DNA of 64,000 nucleotides from Squalus acanthias (GCA_030390025.1 CM059448.1:25544001-25608000), one strand, 5' to 3'; numbered from the stretch's first letter, positions 38,078 through 51,609 are shown. The notes: a model not told the origin generated them from the letters alone. Translations and numbers: made by a program.

Positions 38078-38838
38078 TCTCCAATTAAATATTGGGACGA
38101 CCGAAGCCATTGTTTTCGGTCCCCGCCACAAACTCCGTTCCCTAGCCACTGACTCCATCCCTCTCCCTAGCATCTGTCTGAGGCTGAACCGCACTGTTCG
38201 CAACCTTGGTGTCATATTTGACCCTGAAATGAGCTTCCGACCACATATCCGCAGCATAACAAAGACCACCTATTTCCACCTCCGTAACATCGCTCGTCTC
38301 TGCCCTTGCCTCAGCTCATCTGCTGCTGAAACCCTCATCCATGCCTTTGTTACCTCTAGACTTGACTATTCCAATGCACTCCTGGCTGGCCTCCCACATT
38401 CTACCCTACATAAACTTGAGGTCATCCAAAACTCGGCTGCCCGTGTCCTAACCTGTACCAAGTCCCGTTCACCCATCACCCCTGTGCTCGCTGACCTACA
38501 TTGGCTCCCGGTTAAGCAGTGCCTCGATTTCAAAATTCTCATCCTTGTTTTCAAATCCCTCCATGGCCTCGCTCCTCCCTATCTCTGTAATCTCCTCCAG
38601 CCCCACAACCCCCCCCCCCCCCACCCCCGCCGCCCCGAGATATCTGCGGTCCTCCAATTCTGCACTGTTGAGCATCCCTGATTATAATCGCTCAATCATT
38701 GGTGGCCGTGCCTTCTGTTGCCTCTGCCCTAAGCTCTGGAATTCCCTCCCTAAACTTCTCCACCTCGCTACCTCTCTTTCCTCCTTTAAGATGCTCCTTA
38801 TAAACCTACCTCTTTGACCAAGCTTTTGGTCATCTGCA
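38078..38838 (+). mobile_element. L2 LINE ORF2 C-terminal fragment, largely open frame
   Basis: LQLNIGTTEAIVFG...VRNLGVIFD...AETLIHAFVTSRLDYSNALLAG...LHWLPV: L2 C-terminal signature. Confidence 0.9.
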
Positions 38839-38949
38839 CATTAGATTTGTTCTGATTTGTCAAATCAACATTGTTTTAGTAAGCATCAGTCACTGGACTT
38901 TGGAATAAATGTAAGTTTAGGGAGGCTGCCTAACCTATTTCTGAGCCAT

Positions 38950-39250
38950 ACAGAGCAGGAGAATCTTTGCTGGGCTAGCTGATCTGAGCCAAAGCCTGTG
39001 GCAGGGATGGGAATATCAGTCCGAGTTTCCACCCCAATCATTGTCCAGTGATCTCTGCTGGACAGTGCCAGTGTAGGGACGTCGTGCTGAGCTGCAATGT
39101 CTCCAAGCAGCCAAATAACCAGCCAACACTCAGTGTGTAGGCTCCCGTAAAGAATGATCACTTAGTCATGATACTGGAGGGCAGCCTTTGCACGTGGAAC
39201 CAGAACCCAGAACAGGCCCGCACTTTCAGGAAACAAAGGAGAAAAATAGC
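38950..39250 (+). mobile_element. SINE-like family X copy
   Basis: tgctgggctagctgatctgagcc...tccagtgatctctgctgga...actcagtgtgtaggctc. Confidence 0.5.
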
Positions 39251-40276
39251 TTTCATGCGTCAGTTGTATAAAGCACGAATTTATGGAGACCTCACTGTTG
39301 TATCTGCCTACATCAAAAATTACTGCTGACCCTGTCTGCTAGTACAGTGAATGCATCAACGTACTAGGAATCACAGTGCAATAGATAGCATTTTGAAGGC
39401 TATAATTGCAGCAAGATATAGTGCTGACAATTATTCAGATTACTCTGGCTAAGGTTAATCAGAGAATTACATAATTAAAGAAATGTTCTCTGGTCTTGTA
39501 GAATTGGCTAATTCTACTTAATAATGTTTGACATTAAACATATAGAGAGGATACCAGTTTTACAGATGGCGTGTTAAATTGCGTACTGTATTTCAAATGC
39601 TGCAAATGACATTCAGTACTGTAAGCATAATATATTACTACAGTGGAAGGGGAGCATAACTGTGATAAATCTGTAATAGAATTTCCCAACATCCTTTGGA
39701 AGATGGAGGTGGTCACATTCTCATAGACCTTTTGTGTCTGCCTCCTTTGGGTCTTCCAGGCAAGTGACCGGGAAGAATGCCTCATTGGCTTTAGATATTA
39801 ACTTTCATGCCAATAGCTGTTTCAGGCTGGCATAACAAATGGACTTTACCTGCTGCTTGCAAACACCAGAGCCTCCCTCCTTGCCCAGCGATACCCCTGA
39901 GAATGACAGAACAGAAAGTTGCCCTCAGGCACCATCTGTTTCTGCCATATCCTACTCTCAGCACTGCCTCCACATCTGTCGCGGGGAGCAGCCTTCCTGA
40001 CAAGTTATTTTGATGGATTTCAGCTGCGTTTCTAGGTTTTGTTTTGTGTTTGAACTGTTTAAAGGATGAATGGTAGTCCTTGCTTGCCTGAACACTGAAA
40101 TGTGTCCTTGTAGACCACGGAGCTGTGCCCAATCCATTAAGGATATGTGACTGGGGTCTGTGGGATGTGAAATAAAGTTGTCCTGATGCTTTCAGCAGTC
40201 ACTCGTGCTGCTTCAGACTCCCCTGAAGAGAGCTGTGCTAAGCTGATTTTATCAGCATGATACTGTATCAGTACCC

Positions 40277-40590
40277 AACAACGACTTGCATTTATATAGC
40301 GCCTTTAATGTAGTAAAACGTCCCAAGGCACTTCACAAGGGAGTTATCACATGACATGTGGCATGTGCCGCATAAGGAGACATTAAGATGGGTGACCAAA
40401 CAGTTGGTCAAAGCAGTAGGTTTTAAGGAACGTCTTAAAGGAGGAGAGAGAGGCAGAGAGGTTTAGGGATGGAATTACAGCACTTCGGGCCAACACAGCT
40501 GAAGGCACGGCACCAGTGATGGGGCGAAGGAAATCAGGGATGCACAAGAGGCCAGAGTTGGAAGAAAGCAGAGTTCTCGGAGGGTTGTTT
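40277..40590 (-). mobile_element. L2 LINE 3' end fragment
   Basis: caacaacgacttgcatttatatagcgcc...aggttttaaggaacgtcttaaagg. Confidence 0.8.
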
Positions 40591-43500
40591 GACTCGCATC
40601 ATCCAAGTCTCGATTTGCCTTTGGTTGTGAGTGGGGAAGCAGTGTTGATTTTTTTTTTTCCAGCTTTATTTTTCCTCCCCCGTTGTGTTTTTACTATGTC
40701 CGATTGAATCCACTTACCAACATATTTAGCCTTTTTCAACCATGCCCATCAGCTGACAGGAGGGGCAGTTACAACACAGCAAACCTTTAGCGCCAACTCC
40801 CGCCCCTCCCAACCTGCCCCATAACAAATTATTCAGTCCTATTTTGAGGTATTCCATACAACAGGCCGGTTTGAGAGCTGGCAAAGCTCCCTTCCAGCAG
40901 TGCCAGGCAGGCTTGAGTGACGGGCAGCCCTAGGACTAAAACCTGCAACCATCTGCTTGAGAGGTAGGCAGGCGCTGTACTGCCTGTGCTACTGGGCTGC
41001 ACTGGCAGCTGTTCACTTTCTCATTTGGATTTTGGTCCAGACTCTCTGCAGTCTATGGGGAAAACAGATTTTTGCAAATAAAAGCACAAGTCGTTTTGGA
41101 GGAGTCCCAATTTCCCACCAAGCTCGGTGGAGAGCGGGATCTTGTAAAGCTGCAGCAGGCTGGTGGTAGAACGACTGTAGCCGAAATGCTGCATGCAGCT
41201 GTATTTCAGACACCAGCAACTGAAATAATCAGCCTAGTATTACTGTGTAAATGACCTAATGTAATGGCCTGCGAATAATGAAGCTGAATGTAAGGCTCAG
41301 GTCACGTTACTAAGTGGGTCGAATTACTGTTCCTCACCCATTGTGTGCAGTGCGGAAAGTCATACAGAAAGCATGTTGTGGAGAACTAAAAAGAGGTATT
41401 AATATGGGTTCTCTGTCAATGAGAGGCCATAAATATATTATTTCAGGGAATCTTATAGGCTCATTACACGACACATTTTGCATTACTGTGAAGTGGTTTT
41501 GACTTTGCTTTGATGTAAAATGTGGACTGTAACTCCAGTACAAAACCAACCACATTGAAGCTAAGTAGTTTTTGCGACCGCCTCAAGCAGGTAGTCCCAC
41601 ACTTCACTACTGCCTCATATAACTGCAGAGCTCCATTTCTCCTCACCAGAGAGGGATGTAGAGTTGGCAGTATTTCTTGGATCTTCAGTCTCAAACCAGT
41701 ATCTATAGTATAACTGCACCCTTATGAGGTTCCATATTTAGCACACGTTGTTTTCTGTATACTGGTACAGTTAAAACCAGTTAACTGGGATTGCTATGAT
41801 CTGGGCCCTCTCCCAAAACATTCTATTCATGTACATGGCAGACTGCACTTTCCATTGGCGAACCCATGTTCCCTGTGAGCCAAAACTTACAATTTATCGA
41901 GCCTGTGATGAACAGGAGTACCATGTCTTTGGTTTACACATCAGACATCATACGAGATGCCCACTCTAAACTTTCTTTAATAGGTGGAGAAGCACAACGA
42001 TGTTGGGCCATATTGTTCTAGCTAAAACTATAAAACAGATTTATTACAAGAAATAGTTTTACACAAAAACAAAATAAATCTAGATAAGTAGTGAAATAGT
42101 ATTTGACATGACGTTGATACTTTAAACTGTTCCTTAAATGTAATTTACAAAGTGTGTGAATTCTTAAGAGATCAACTCAAGGAACTGTTCCATGAGTAGC
42201 TTTTGTGCCCTTTAAGCTCTATCTCACTGCGGTGATTCAGAAATAAATAGTGAACCGTGAAAACAACAAGCTAGTGCTACAACCCAGATATACCTCACAT
42301 TTTCTTCAAAGTGGAAGCTTGCTTCTTTGCAGATGACCTGTGGTTCATTCTAATCTGGTGATAATTATATAATACTAATTATTTCTACTATTCAGGCAGA
42401 TGGAGGATGTGGGTAACAACTCAGTCACAATTGATGTGTACTGTGTCAGGCCTGATGCAAACCCTTTCGTAATTTCTATCTGGCACAACACCCCCTTAAT
42501 GGTTACGGAAATTCACAATCAGCGAGTTCTGTTTCTTATCACAGAAACAAACTTCTTCCCATTATCATTTCACAAACTGGTGTTTGTATCTTTACCCTGA
42601 GATGTCAATTATTTTCCTGTCATTTTCTTTCAGGAAAAAATATATAGTAACAAGTGAGGTAGTTTGGATAAGTAAACCTTAGACTGTCAGGACCAGAGGA
42701 ATAAGAAAACACTGAGAAAGAGTAATTAAATGGAGAGAGGCGTCAGGAAGATAATGAAATGAATGACTTCACCATGAGGATTTGGTGTGCCTTTTGAGCA
42801 AAGCCCATCAGCATCAATTTAAATATTGCACACTAGTAATCAATTAGAGCTTGAAAAAAAAAGATATCTATAAGTGAATGTCTCCATTAACCACGTCCCA
42901 GTAACTAGTGTGGATGGTAGAGACTATGCCTGGGTTGAATTTAAAGCCAGGTCATCCATTTTATGATATAAATTGCCAATATTGTGTGAATGTCTCTGCC
43001 GTGACACACAAAAAAAATCTTCTGTGGACTGCCTTGCGCCTTTCATGAAAAGAGCATCCTCGTGCCTTTTACCAGTGGGACTTTGGCTCGAATCCAACCC
43101 CGACGGAGAGGATGAAGTCCTTCCCTCTGTGAGTCACATTCTGTCAGTGGCAGTCTGGTCCCCTGCGCACAAGAATCTAAAGAGTTGTCACAGCATTTAG
43201 TAATCTCACCTGCAAAAGCCAAAAGGATAGACAGGGCTGGAAAATACCACAATGCTGTTGGAAATAGGTTCGCTACTCCAAGGTTCGAGTTCCTTTACAT
43301 TGCTACATTGGTTTTGGAGGGGGGAAAGGAAGGGAATTGGAACTATTCTTTGTCATAGCTCAACTGAGAAAGCTAATGACTGCTCATTGGTGCAAGCATG
43401 GAAAAAATATTTAATTTAGTCTAATCTCTTTTTTCCCCCCCCCAATTTGCAAGAGTAGCTCTTTTTCCAGGCAGCAGCACAGTCAGGATTGTCGACTTAC

Positions 43501-43643
43501 ACAAGATCGCTCTCAAATGCTGTTAAATAATCAGCTAGTGAGGAATGCAATTCGTGCAAACCAAAGCGGTCTGGTGTCTGTTTTCCTCCCAGGTGGAGTA
43601 CCCTACTGAAATGTATTTTATTTTGGTGCTTAGTAACTGCCTA

Positions 43644-43760
43644 GAAGGGGCAGCAGCTCCAAAAGCTTGTGATCTCAAATAAAACTGTTGGACTATAACC
43701 TGGTGTTGTGCGACTTCTCACTTTTGTCCACCCCAGTCCAACACCGGCATCTCCGCATTA
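43644..43760 (+). mobile_element. Second Penelope-like terminal-repeat family fragment (degenerate hammerhead)
   Basis: gaaggggcagcagctccaaaagcttgtg...ggactataacctggtgttgtgcgacttctcac...; same family as 58150. Confidence 0.7.
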
Positions 43761-44084
43761 TAGCTTATGTTTAACATCTCATAAAATTTGAGATGTCCAA
43801 CCCAGTGATCTTGAAACCCATCTGGTGGTCCTACCTCTCCTGCTTCAGCATGCAGTGCCTCGCTTCTGTACGGTAGTCTGTTCAGTAAGGCGAACAAGGA
43901 CTGGGAAAAGTTACTGAGCAGAAGCGAACGAGTTTGAGTGACAGGTATTCCTGGTACCAACACCCATCGACATTTGACTATGCTTAATGTTTCCTGACGG
44001 TGCTGATTTGTGTGGGGGTTTGGATCCACAGGATCTGGATCCCCCATTACCTTGCCCATGTGGTGTGTGTGACCTTAAGACAAT

Positions 44085-44315
44085 GAGGAGGGTTGGTACT
44101 GCAGCCATGCTGCCACCTGATGTCCATGTGTGTGCACTTGCCAGCAGGGATCACTGGATCGTGATTAAGGGTTTGGAAACCTGGCTTATTTCCTTTGTTT
44201 CCTTCTCTCGCCTAAAGACATGGAAGCCAAATGTAGCACCCCACTGCCACCCTGGTTGGGATCAGCTAATGCGGGACGACCAGGCATCGAAACTGGGGCC
44301 TCCCTGGTCTATATG
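44085..44315 (-). mobile_element. SINE-like family X copy
   Basis: cacctgatgtccatgtgtgtgcacttgccagcagggatcactggatcgtgat...gatcagctaa. Confidence 0.5.
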
Positions 44316-45811
44316 ATGAAGTTGGAAAATGTATTATCTTCGTTAAATATAGAGCAGCTTGCAGAATTAATTTATAATTCAAATACTGTTTGGTTGTAAT
44401 TTTACAGCTAATAAGAGGAGCGCAAATATTTTCAAAGTATAATTTTACATCTTGTCGAAGAAAGGTATTTTATTCGGACTGATATTGCTTAAATCTGTAC
44501 CCTTTTTCAACACAACTAAATTTCAGCTCAGAATGTTGAGGACACAGGGTTAAGAGAGATCAGGTCTGTGAAAGTGGGACCTCCGTGCTAATGGCTCGAA
44601 TGGTGTTATAAATATATTGCAAACTGGAAATTTATCTTTGTAAATGATTCTACGGATTCCAAAGCTAGCGCAAAGTGTGTTACAGTACCAGAAGACTAAA
44701 CATGACCATTGCCCTTAACAGTGTGACATTAACAGTCTGGTTTTTGACAAGCCGCAGATGGGTTAAACTACTGAGGTGCTCTAAATATAGAGACACGAGA
44801 ATGAATAGAGCTCACGCAGCGACGATTTGAAAAGAGGCTTGTGGCTTTTTAATAATGTGCCAGAACAGCCTCAGTGGTGGGCCGGCTGGGAACAGCAATC
44901 ACCGAATCCATCTTGCGCAGGAAGAGATGCCCAGCAGGCCTCGGCTAATGCAGCCAGGTCCTTCACTCAGCTGGAGAAGACAGACTTGGAGATGGCAATC
45001 AAGGGTTGATTTGCCAACACATTTCTAATGATTAAAACGTAATTAGCACAACTGAGCGCCTCCTCCCCAGCTAATTTGAATGCACGCTGTGACAGGCAGG
45101 CAGCCGGCTGCACCGTGGCTCAGTGGCAGATGGAAGCAGAGGCAGTGGGAGACCAAAGCCATTTTGCGATGCGACTGCTCGCATCAGAAAACCATCAGGA
45201 TGCTGGGTTTTTATCAGACCCTTGACAGCAACACATCAAACTGGCACTGTCAGTTTGGACCGAGGCAATGGCAGCCATCCTTCATGCTGTCCCGCACTCA
45301 CAGCAAGGCAATCTGCAGCATTAACTGTTCATATCTGCAGAGAGGCCGCGTTTCTTTACTTGCATATCTTTTCAAAAGTCTGGTCTAGCAATTTAAAGGG
45401 GTCTTGTTGCTGTATTGTGGAATTTTAGGCAGGCTATTTTCCTGGAAAGCCTCAGCAATAAAAATTCCACCGTACGCCTTCTATGTTGATCACATTTCTA
45501 TTCCATGAACTATTTCATCCGTACAAACACAAATTTTGCTTGTTTTTAAATTAAATTCCAATTACATTTTTTAAAGTTAGCAGCTTCAGATCATGATTGG
45601 CAAAACAGTGATGTTGTCACATAGCAGACCATGTGATTATACAGTCCCTGAGCACAATTTACCAGTTCATATTACACCTTTAACCTGCCATCTTCCAAAA
45701 TGAAAATTCACAGGACAAACCTAGCCCAGTGGTTGTAGTAAAGTTTGTTACAGCCCAAAGCATCAATCTTCTCTTCTAATGTTTTATTTAGATTAAATGA
45801 CTCCTTTTAAA

Positions 45812-46283
45812 GTGTTAACCGTGGCTCAGTTGGTAGCACCCTCACCTCTGAGTCAGAAGGTGGTGGGTTCAAGTCCCACTCAAGAAACTTGAGCATAAAA
45901 ATCTAGGCTGACACTCCAGTGCAGTGCTGAGGGAGTGCTGCACTGTCGGAAGTGCCGTCTTTCGGATGAGGCGTTAAACCGAGGCCCCGTCTGCTCTCTC
46001 GGGTGGATGTAAAAGATCCCATGGCACTATTTTGAAGAAGAGCTGGGGAGTTCTTCCCGGTGTCCTGGCCAATATTTATCCCTCAATCAACATCACAAAA
46101 ACCCCCGATTACCTGGTCATTATCACATTGCTGTTTGTGGGAGCTTGCTGTGTGCATATTGGCTGCTGCATTTCCTACATTAGAACAGTGACTACACTTC
46201 AAAAGTACTTCATTGGCTGTAAAGTGCTTTGGGACATCTGGTGGTCGTGAAAGGCGCTATAGAAATGCAAGTCTGTTTTTTCT
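45812..46283 (+). mobile_element. DeuSINE (SacSINE1-like), full length
   Basis: A-box TGGCTCAGTTGG, B-box GGTTCAAGTCC, Deu-domain-like gtctttcggatgag..aaaccgagg..aaagatcccatggcact..ccggtgtcctggccaa, L2-like tail. Confidence 0.9.
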
Positions 46284-46732
46284 TCAAAATGTGTTGGAGT
46301 CCAAAAATGTAACTAAGAAGTTAAATAGAAAATTCAGTGAATTGAACATTACTAGAACATGCAACTCTATTAATAAAAATATATTTATGCCATGGTCCTC
46401 GGATAAAATAATATATATATAACAATTTGAATTGAGACAAGTGATGATCAACTTGCTGCTGATGTTTGAAAGCAATTATATTCAAAATACGATTAGGCAC
46501 CATAATCAGAGCGAGGGACGAAGCTCAATGTGTTGAATGGCCTTTTCTCATCCCTGATTTATTTTTGTAAATTTATTTATGTTCTAAAAATCTATTCTAA
46601 TTATGTTCTAATTTTCCGGAGAAGTCAGGAGATGTGGAATAGAGTACTGGTTCTTCTCTGCACTCGATATACATTCCGGCTCAGGTATTGATTCAGAAAT
46701 TCCAAAAACCTCAGCAACATAAGCATTATAAT

Positions 46733-47100
46733 ACGGTAGCATAGTGGTTATGTTACTGGACTAGTAATCCAGAGGCCTGGACTAATGATCCAGAGATATG
46801 AGTTCAAATCCCACCACAGTAGCTGGGGAATTTAAATTCAATTAAATACCTCCTGGAATTTAAAGCTAGTATCAGTAATAGTGACCATGAAACTACTGAT
46901 TGTTCTAAAAACCCAACTGGTTCACTGATGTCCTTTAGGGAAGGAAATCTGCCACACTGTGTCTTGAGGCCCACAGCAATTAACTGCCCTCTGAAATAGC
47001 AAGCCACTCAGTTGCATTCAAGAAGGTGGCTCACCACCACCTTCTTGAGGGCAATTAGGGATGGGCAACGTCCACATCCAATGAATGAAGAAAAAAAAAA
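46733..47100 (+). mobile_element. tRNA-derived SINE (third family) with LINE-like tail
   Basis: tagcatagtgg A-box, gagttcaaatccc B-box, core ctggttcactgatgtcctttagggaaggaaa, tail ctcaccaccaccttct...gaatgaag(a)n. Confidence 0.75.
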
Positions 47101-47424
47101 TCCTAGGCTAACATAACGTTTTGGTACCAATACATCTCAGACTTTTCTTGTCTTCGGGAACTTGCATTTACATAGTGCCTTCAACGTGGTAAAACATAGA
47201 AGGAATGCGGTTTGCCACTACTACAAACTGAATAGTATTTCAAGACTTTCCTTCCCCTCCCCAATGTTCTCCTCTTACCCGATCCTCACCAGTGATTCAT
47301 GCTGTGGTGCAATTTTACAGATTATGATGTCATGTATTCTATAGTAGTTACGACAAAACAGACTAAATTGCTGTTGATCTTGTTCTAATTCCTGAATTGT
47401 AATACAAAGTTGCCACTATATATT

Positions 47425-48148
47425 GGGCTGGATTTTGGGGTCAGCGGCGACACTTGCCCACAGTCATTCTATGGGTTTTTAAACTGGAACTTGCGATGAT
47501 TAGAGAGCCATTTCGGCATGGGATCTGGGACCTGGGTGAACACGGCAAGCAATTGTGTATCTCCTTAGATTGAAGAATGGTTACTGAACAGTGCAGAGTC
47601 TGAACCAGGAAGTGTCCAGTAAGAATATTTAATTCAATGCCAAATCATGTACAGAAATCAAAATAAAGAGAGGGAAAGAAAGATGGGATTAAGCGAGAGA
47701 GATATGAGACAGAAGGAAAAAGTTTAAAAAATATATATATTTTTTTAAATCTCCAACAATAATTAAAATCTGAAGGCATGAGACTTCACACTTGTAAAAG
47801 TTCATTTTCAGCGCCAGAGAGGTTGTTTGGCAGTAATTAAGACTTACCACGCCATTAAAAATGGACTTACTTGGGAATTGACAAGCCCTAACATTTACTG
47901 GCGAGTTTAATGGGTACCCATCATGTAAGTACAGCAACTTCACGCCGTTCCATGTATTTTAATGCTGATTCTCTCGACGAGATACCAGTACAGCAAAGCT
48001 TCTGGAGGCGCAGGGAAACTCGGACAGCAACTTCCTGATTTCCGCGTTTAACTGCACGTGTGGTCGCTGGAAGTTGCTGTCCGATTTACAGCTTCATAAC
48101 GGTAAGTGCTGATAGCCTCACCGTTATTTCTACTGCAAAATCTGGGCC
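47425..48148. mobile_element. MITE (family E) with GG-starting TIRs
   Basis: att|GGGCTGGATTTTG...CAAAATCTGGGCC|aat; internal inverted repeat tcggacagcaacttcc...ggaagttgctgtccga. Confidence 0.75.
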
Positions 48149-51100
48149 AATATTCTAAAATATTAAACATGATTTCTTACTGTGAAGTACTAGGTTTGCT
48201 AGTTAACTATTTAAGTATTGTACTAACATTTTTTAAATATTATTTTAATAAGCATTATACTTTTAATTATTATTGTTGAGAGCTACATGATTATAAAATG
48301 AATATAGACTTTTTTTCCACACGGCATTTCAATATATGAATCTAAACAATTGCTCATGGAATTCAGTGATATGCTGAAGCAGTGTTCCACTGATAATTTT
48401 ATGATTTAGGACATTAAATGGCAATTTGACGCAGCTGTGTGGGAGCATTGATCTGGGTAACGTCAAAGTTTGAGGGTTGCTTGTTTGAGTCATCGTTCTG
48501 GCTGACACTGTGCACCACTCGATTAGTTGACTTCAATCAGCTTTAAACTGACCTAATGAGGGTCATCCCACTTTTTGAGGAAAAACTGCTGAGAGGAACT
48601 CTTCATCTCTTGGAGGAAGCATATTTAGCTTTGACACTTAAGCTCCACCCACAATTTGTGAGTCATTACGCAGGCTGCATGTTAGTGATGCTACTGCTGT
48701 TTTAAAATGGTGCGTCCCATCTAACTGGTGCTACTTATTCCAAACTCGAGGAAGAAGGATCACACTCTCCAAAGATGACCTTGCCCTCATATAAACATCT
48801 CTCTCTCTCTCCTCTTCATTGCAATACGATTTCCCCCTCACTGAACGAATTTATCATCAAACAGAGCTGCTTTATTGAGCTTGCCTTTTCCAAATGAGCC
48901 CAATTGGCTCAGTCGAAATGGATTCAGGCTTCCTGGCCTTGCCCATCAGTTGTAATCCTTCAAATTTCAGGGTGAATGCGAGCTGCGGTTTTCTCTCTGC
49001 GATTTGCATATCACCTCGCAGAGAAGGTGTGACTGCAATTCCTGTCCTTCCCCTTACTTTGTGAGAGCCTCATTTAGGGGCACCTGAGGAACGACAGCTG
49101 CGTGTATAAGAACTGAAAGAGTACAGTTGATTAAATCATCATCAAGTCAAGACTGCAAAAAGTCAATTCTGCTTCCCGTCTTCAATGATCTCCTTTTATC
49201 TTAACGTAATGAGGTATGGCACTTTTGCATCGAGCAGTATGCCGGGTTGCATTAACATACTCCATCTGCTTCACAAGTCAGGGGAAGTCATTTCTGTGTG
49301 CTTGCGTGGAGGCAATCAAAGCAATTTGGCACAAAGGAAAGAGAACGGCCCATTTTTAATGGATCACAACACCATTGAAGAGATTTCCCTTTTTGAAAAA
49401 TACAGTTTGCTTTGAAGAATAAAAATGCACTTTCCATGAAATTGCATGAATGAGACACTTCAATCCGCACTATTCAGTAAAAAGCCATTTGGGAAGACAT
49501 GTTGCCGTTTGTTGTGTCTGTGTAGGCAGTGACTACTGACAAAGTAAATTGTATAAAAGACGCATATCATTCTGCACTTTTTTAACAGAAATTAAATTGA
49601 GCACAAGCTTTGTGAAACTGTCATTCAGCTACAATAACATTTTACAATTCATAATTTGTGACTTCCTGTACAGTATCTGGCACTTTCTGCATGTCCTTCT
49701 AGTTGCATATAATACAATTAGATAAGCGTGATTGTTTAAAATGACAATAAGGAAGCAAGCACAAGTATCAAAAGTGCTTTGCCTCTGGAACTCCCTCCCT
49801 AAATCCCTCTGCCTCGTCACCTCCATCCCTGGGGAAAATTTGGAGCCGAAAAAGGAGGAGGAACGGAAAATGCTTATGCATCCACTTTGAATAGGCCGAA
49901 CCCACAAATGCAAAAAGTTGAAGTGATACGGCCCTAAGCCATTGCTGCTGACCTCCCCTTCCCTTCCCTTCCTGCTCCTTGGACTCCGACCACAGTCCAC
50001 CAGCAGAGAGACAGAGAAGCAAGTAGATCGCCACCTTTGACAAAAAGTTGGTGAGAAATACATTCACGCTACTGTACGTAGGAATCTCTTTTCATTAAAG
50101 GGCAAGACTTAGATGCTGAGTGTTCTCACTCTGTTAGCACTGAGCTTTACAGAACTAGGAAGGGAGGAAAGGAAAGCTCTAAGTGTGGGCAGTTTTTGCG
50201 GGGGGGGGCGGTTTTTACATTACATTTTAATTCTCTTTAATTCACAGTATACTGTTGAGATAGTAGGATCATGCAGGTAGTTCAGTACTTAGCGAATTTC
50301 GGAACGTCTTGGATTGGAGATTGACTCTTCCATATATTCTGGGTTTTTTTTTGAAAAGTGCATCAACATTTCCAAGAATACAAGCAGACTTTGAGCATGC
50401 TCACACATCTCTTAGGATATGACTGCACTTTGAAAACTAGTGGGTATTTAATTTGTAGTTGTTATTTGTGCTTACTGAAGAGTGACATGCTGGCAGTGCA
50501 TGCTGACAGATTACTGATCCACACCTCTGACAGGGTAATGATTGGTTAATGGTATCCCTGCAAAAGTAACTTGCTCCATGAAGCTCATTCATAAAACTTA
50601 CGCCATTCTGAAAATAAATATGTTTGATAGGTTAGGGCAATTAATATTTGCAATGAGAAGATACCTACTGCAAACAAATGTACATACAGAACATATTGAT
50701 CTGTATGCCAAAGCTAAGATGGATAAGAGGTGAATATTGTATCAGTTAAGACTATATGAGTCAGTTAAAAAGGCATTACCTCCTTAAGTACAGCTCCTGT
50801 CTATAAAATGCACTCGGGTCCCAGACTTGCAACTGTTTGAAGTGTTTTGCACAATTCATTTTATTGCCTTTACATAATTTATGAGCTGCTGGAGATCATC
50901 TATCTCTGCCAAGCAATGGCGTATCGAGCTCTTGAGGGGACAGAATTGTAAATTCGATGGCATGCTCCTGGTGAGCTGGCCGCAGGTCAGCAGAGAACTT
51001 CTGTGCCAGAAATTGAGCTGGTACCTCTGAGCCGTCAACGTCTCCAAAGCAGCAGAAGCTTTGTCAGGAGCCGAGTGTGATGATGGTGGCCAGCTCGCAG

Positions 51101-51609
51101 CCTGTCAATCTTCTGTTGGCTGCAAGGAAAGCATATGTCTGGTTTACAGCCTGCTTACATAATGGCCACTAACAGCACTTGCTTATTGGCTGGGTGCTTA
51201 GTTCTGGAAATGAAGCTGTTGCAGGGTTTGAACCAATCATTAAAAACTCGGGCTTAACGACATGAAGTAAGTCTGGCGGGCTGAAGCTTCTGTTCAGTAT
51301 TGGCAAGAGGATGAATTACAGATTTACACAATATATACCTATGAAAAACATAACCATGAATGACAAGCCAATAAATGTCAAGAAATCGAATCATTTGGCA
51401 CTTTATAACATTTTCTGTCCGGTAATTGATTGAGTTAACTGTCAGCAGCATATCTCACATTGGACAGCTTTACTGTCAATCAAAGTCAATAGCCAGATTA
51501 TCTATCAATCGTCATACAAAATTAAAAATATAATGGCTGCTTTTTAATCATGCTTTTAAAAAAAAAAAAAAAATGTTAGGATTGTACATTTAACAAATTC
51601 TGGGCTAAT

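Noticed and set aside
37989-38681. 230-aa ORF as a host gene
   Set aside because: It is the C-terminal part of L2 ORF2 fused by chance to upstream SINE-derived sequence.
39500-40200. Possible decayed transposase fragment
   Set aside because: The composition is suggestive but I found no recognisable catalytic motif in the translations.
45812-45885. tRNA genes at SINE heads
   Set aside because: The A/B boxes run straight into SINE bodies with LINE-like tails, and I see no complete cloverleaf.
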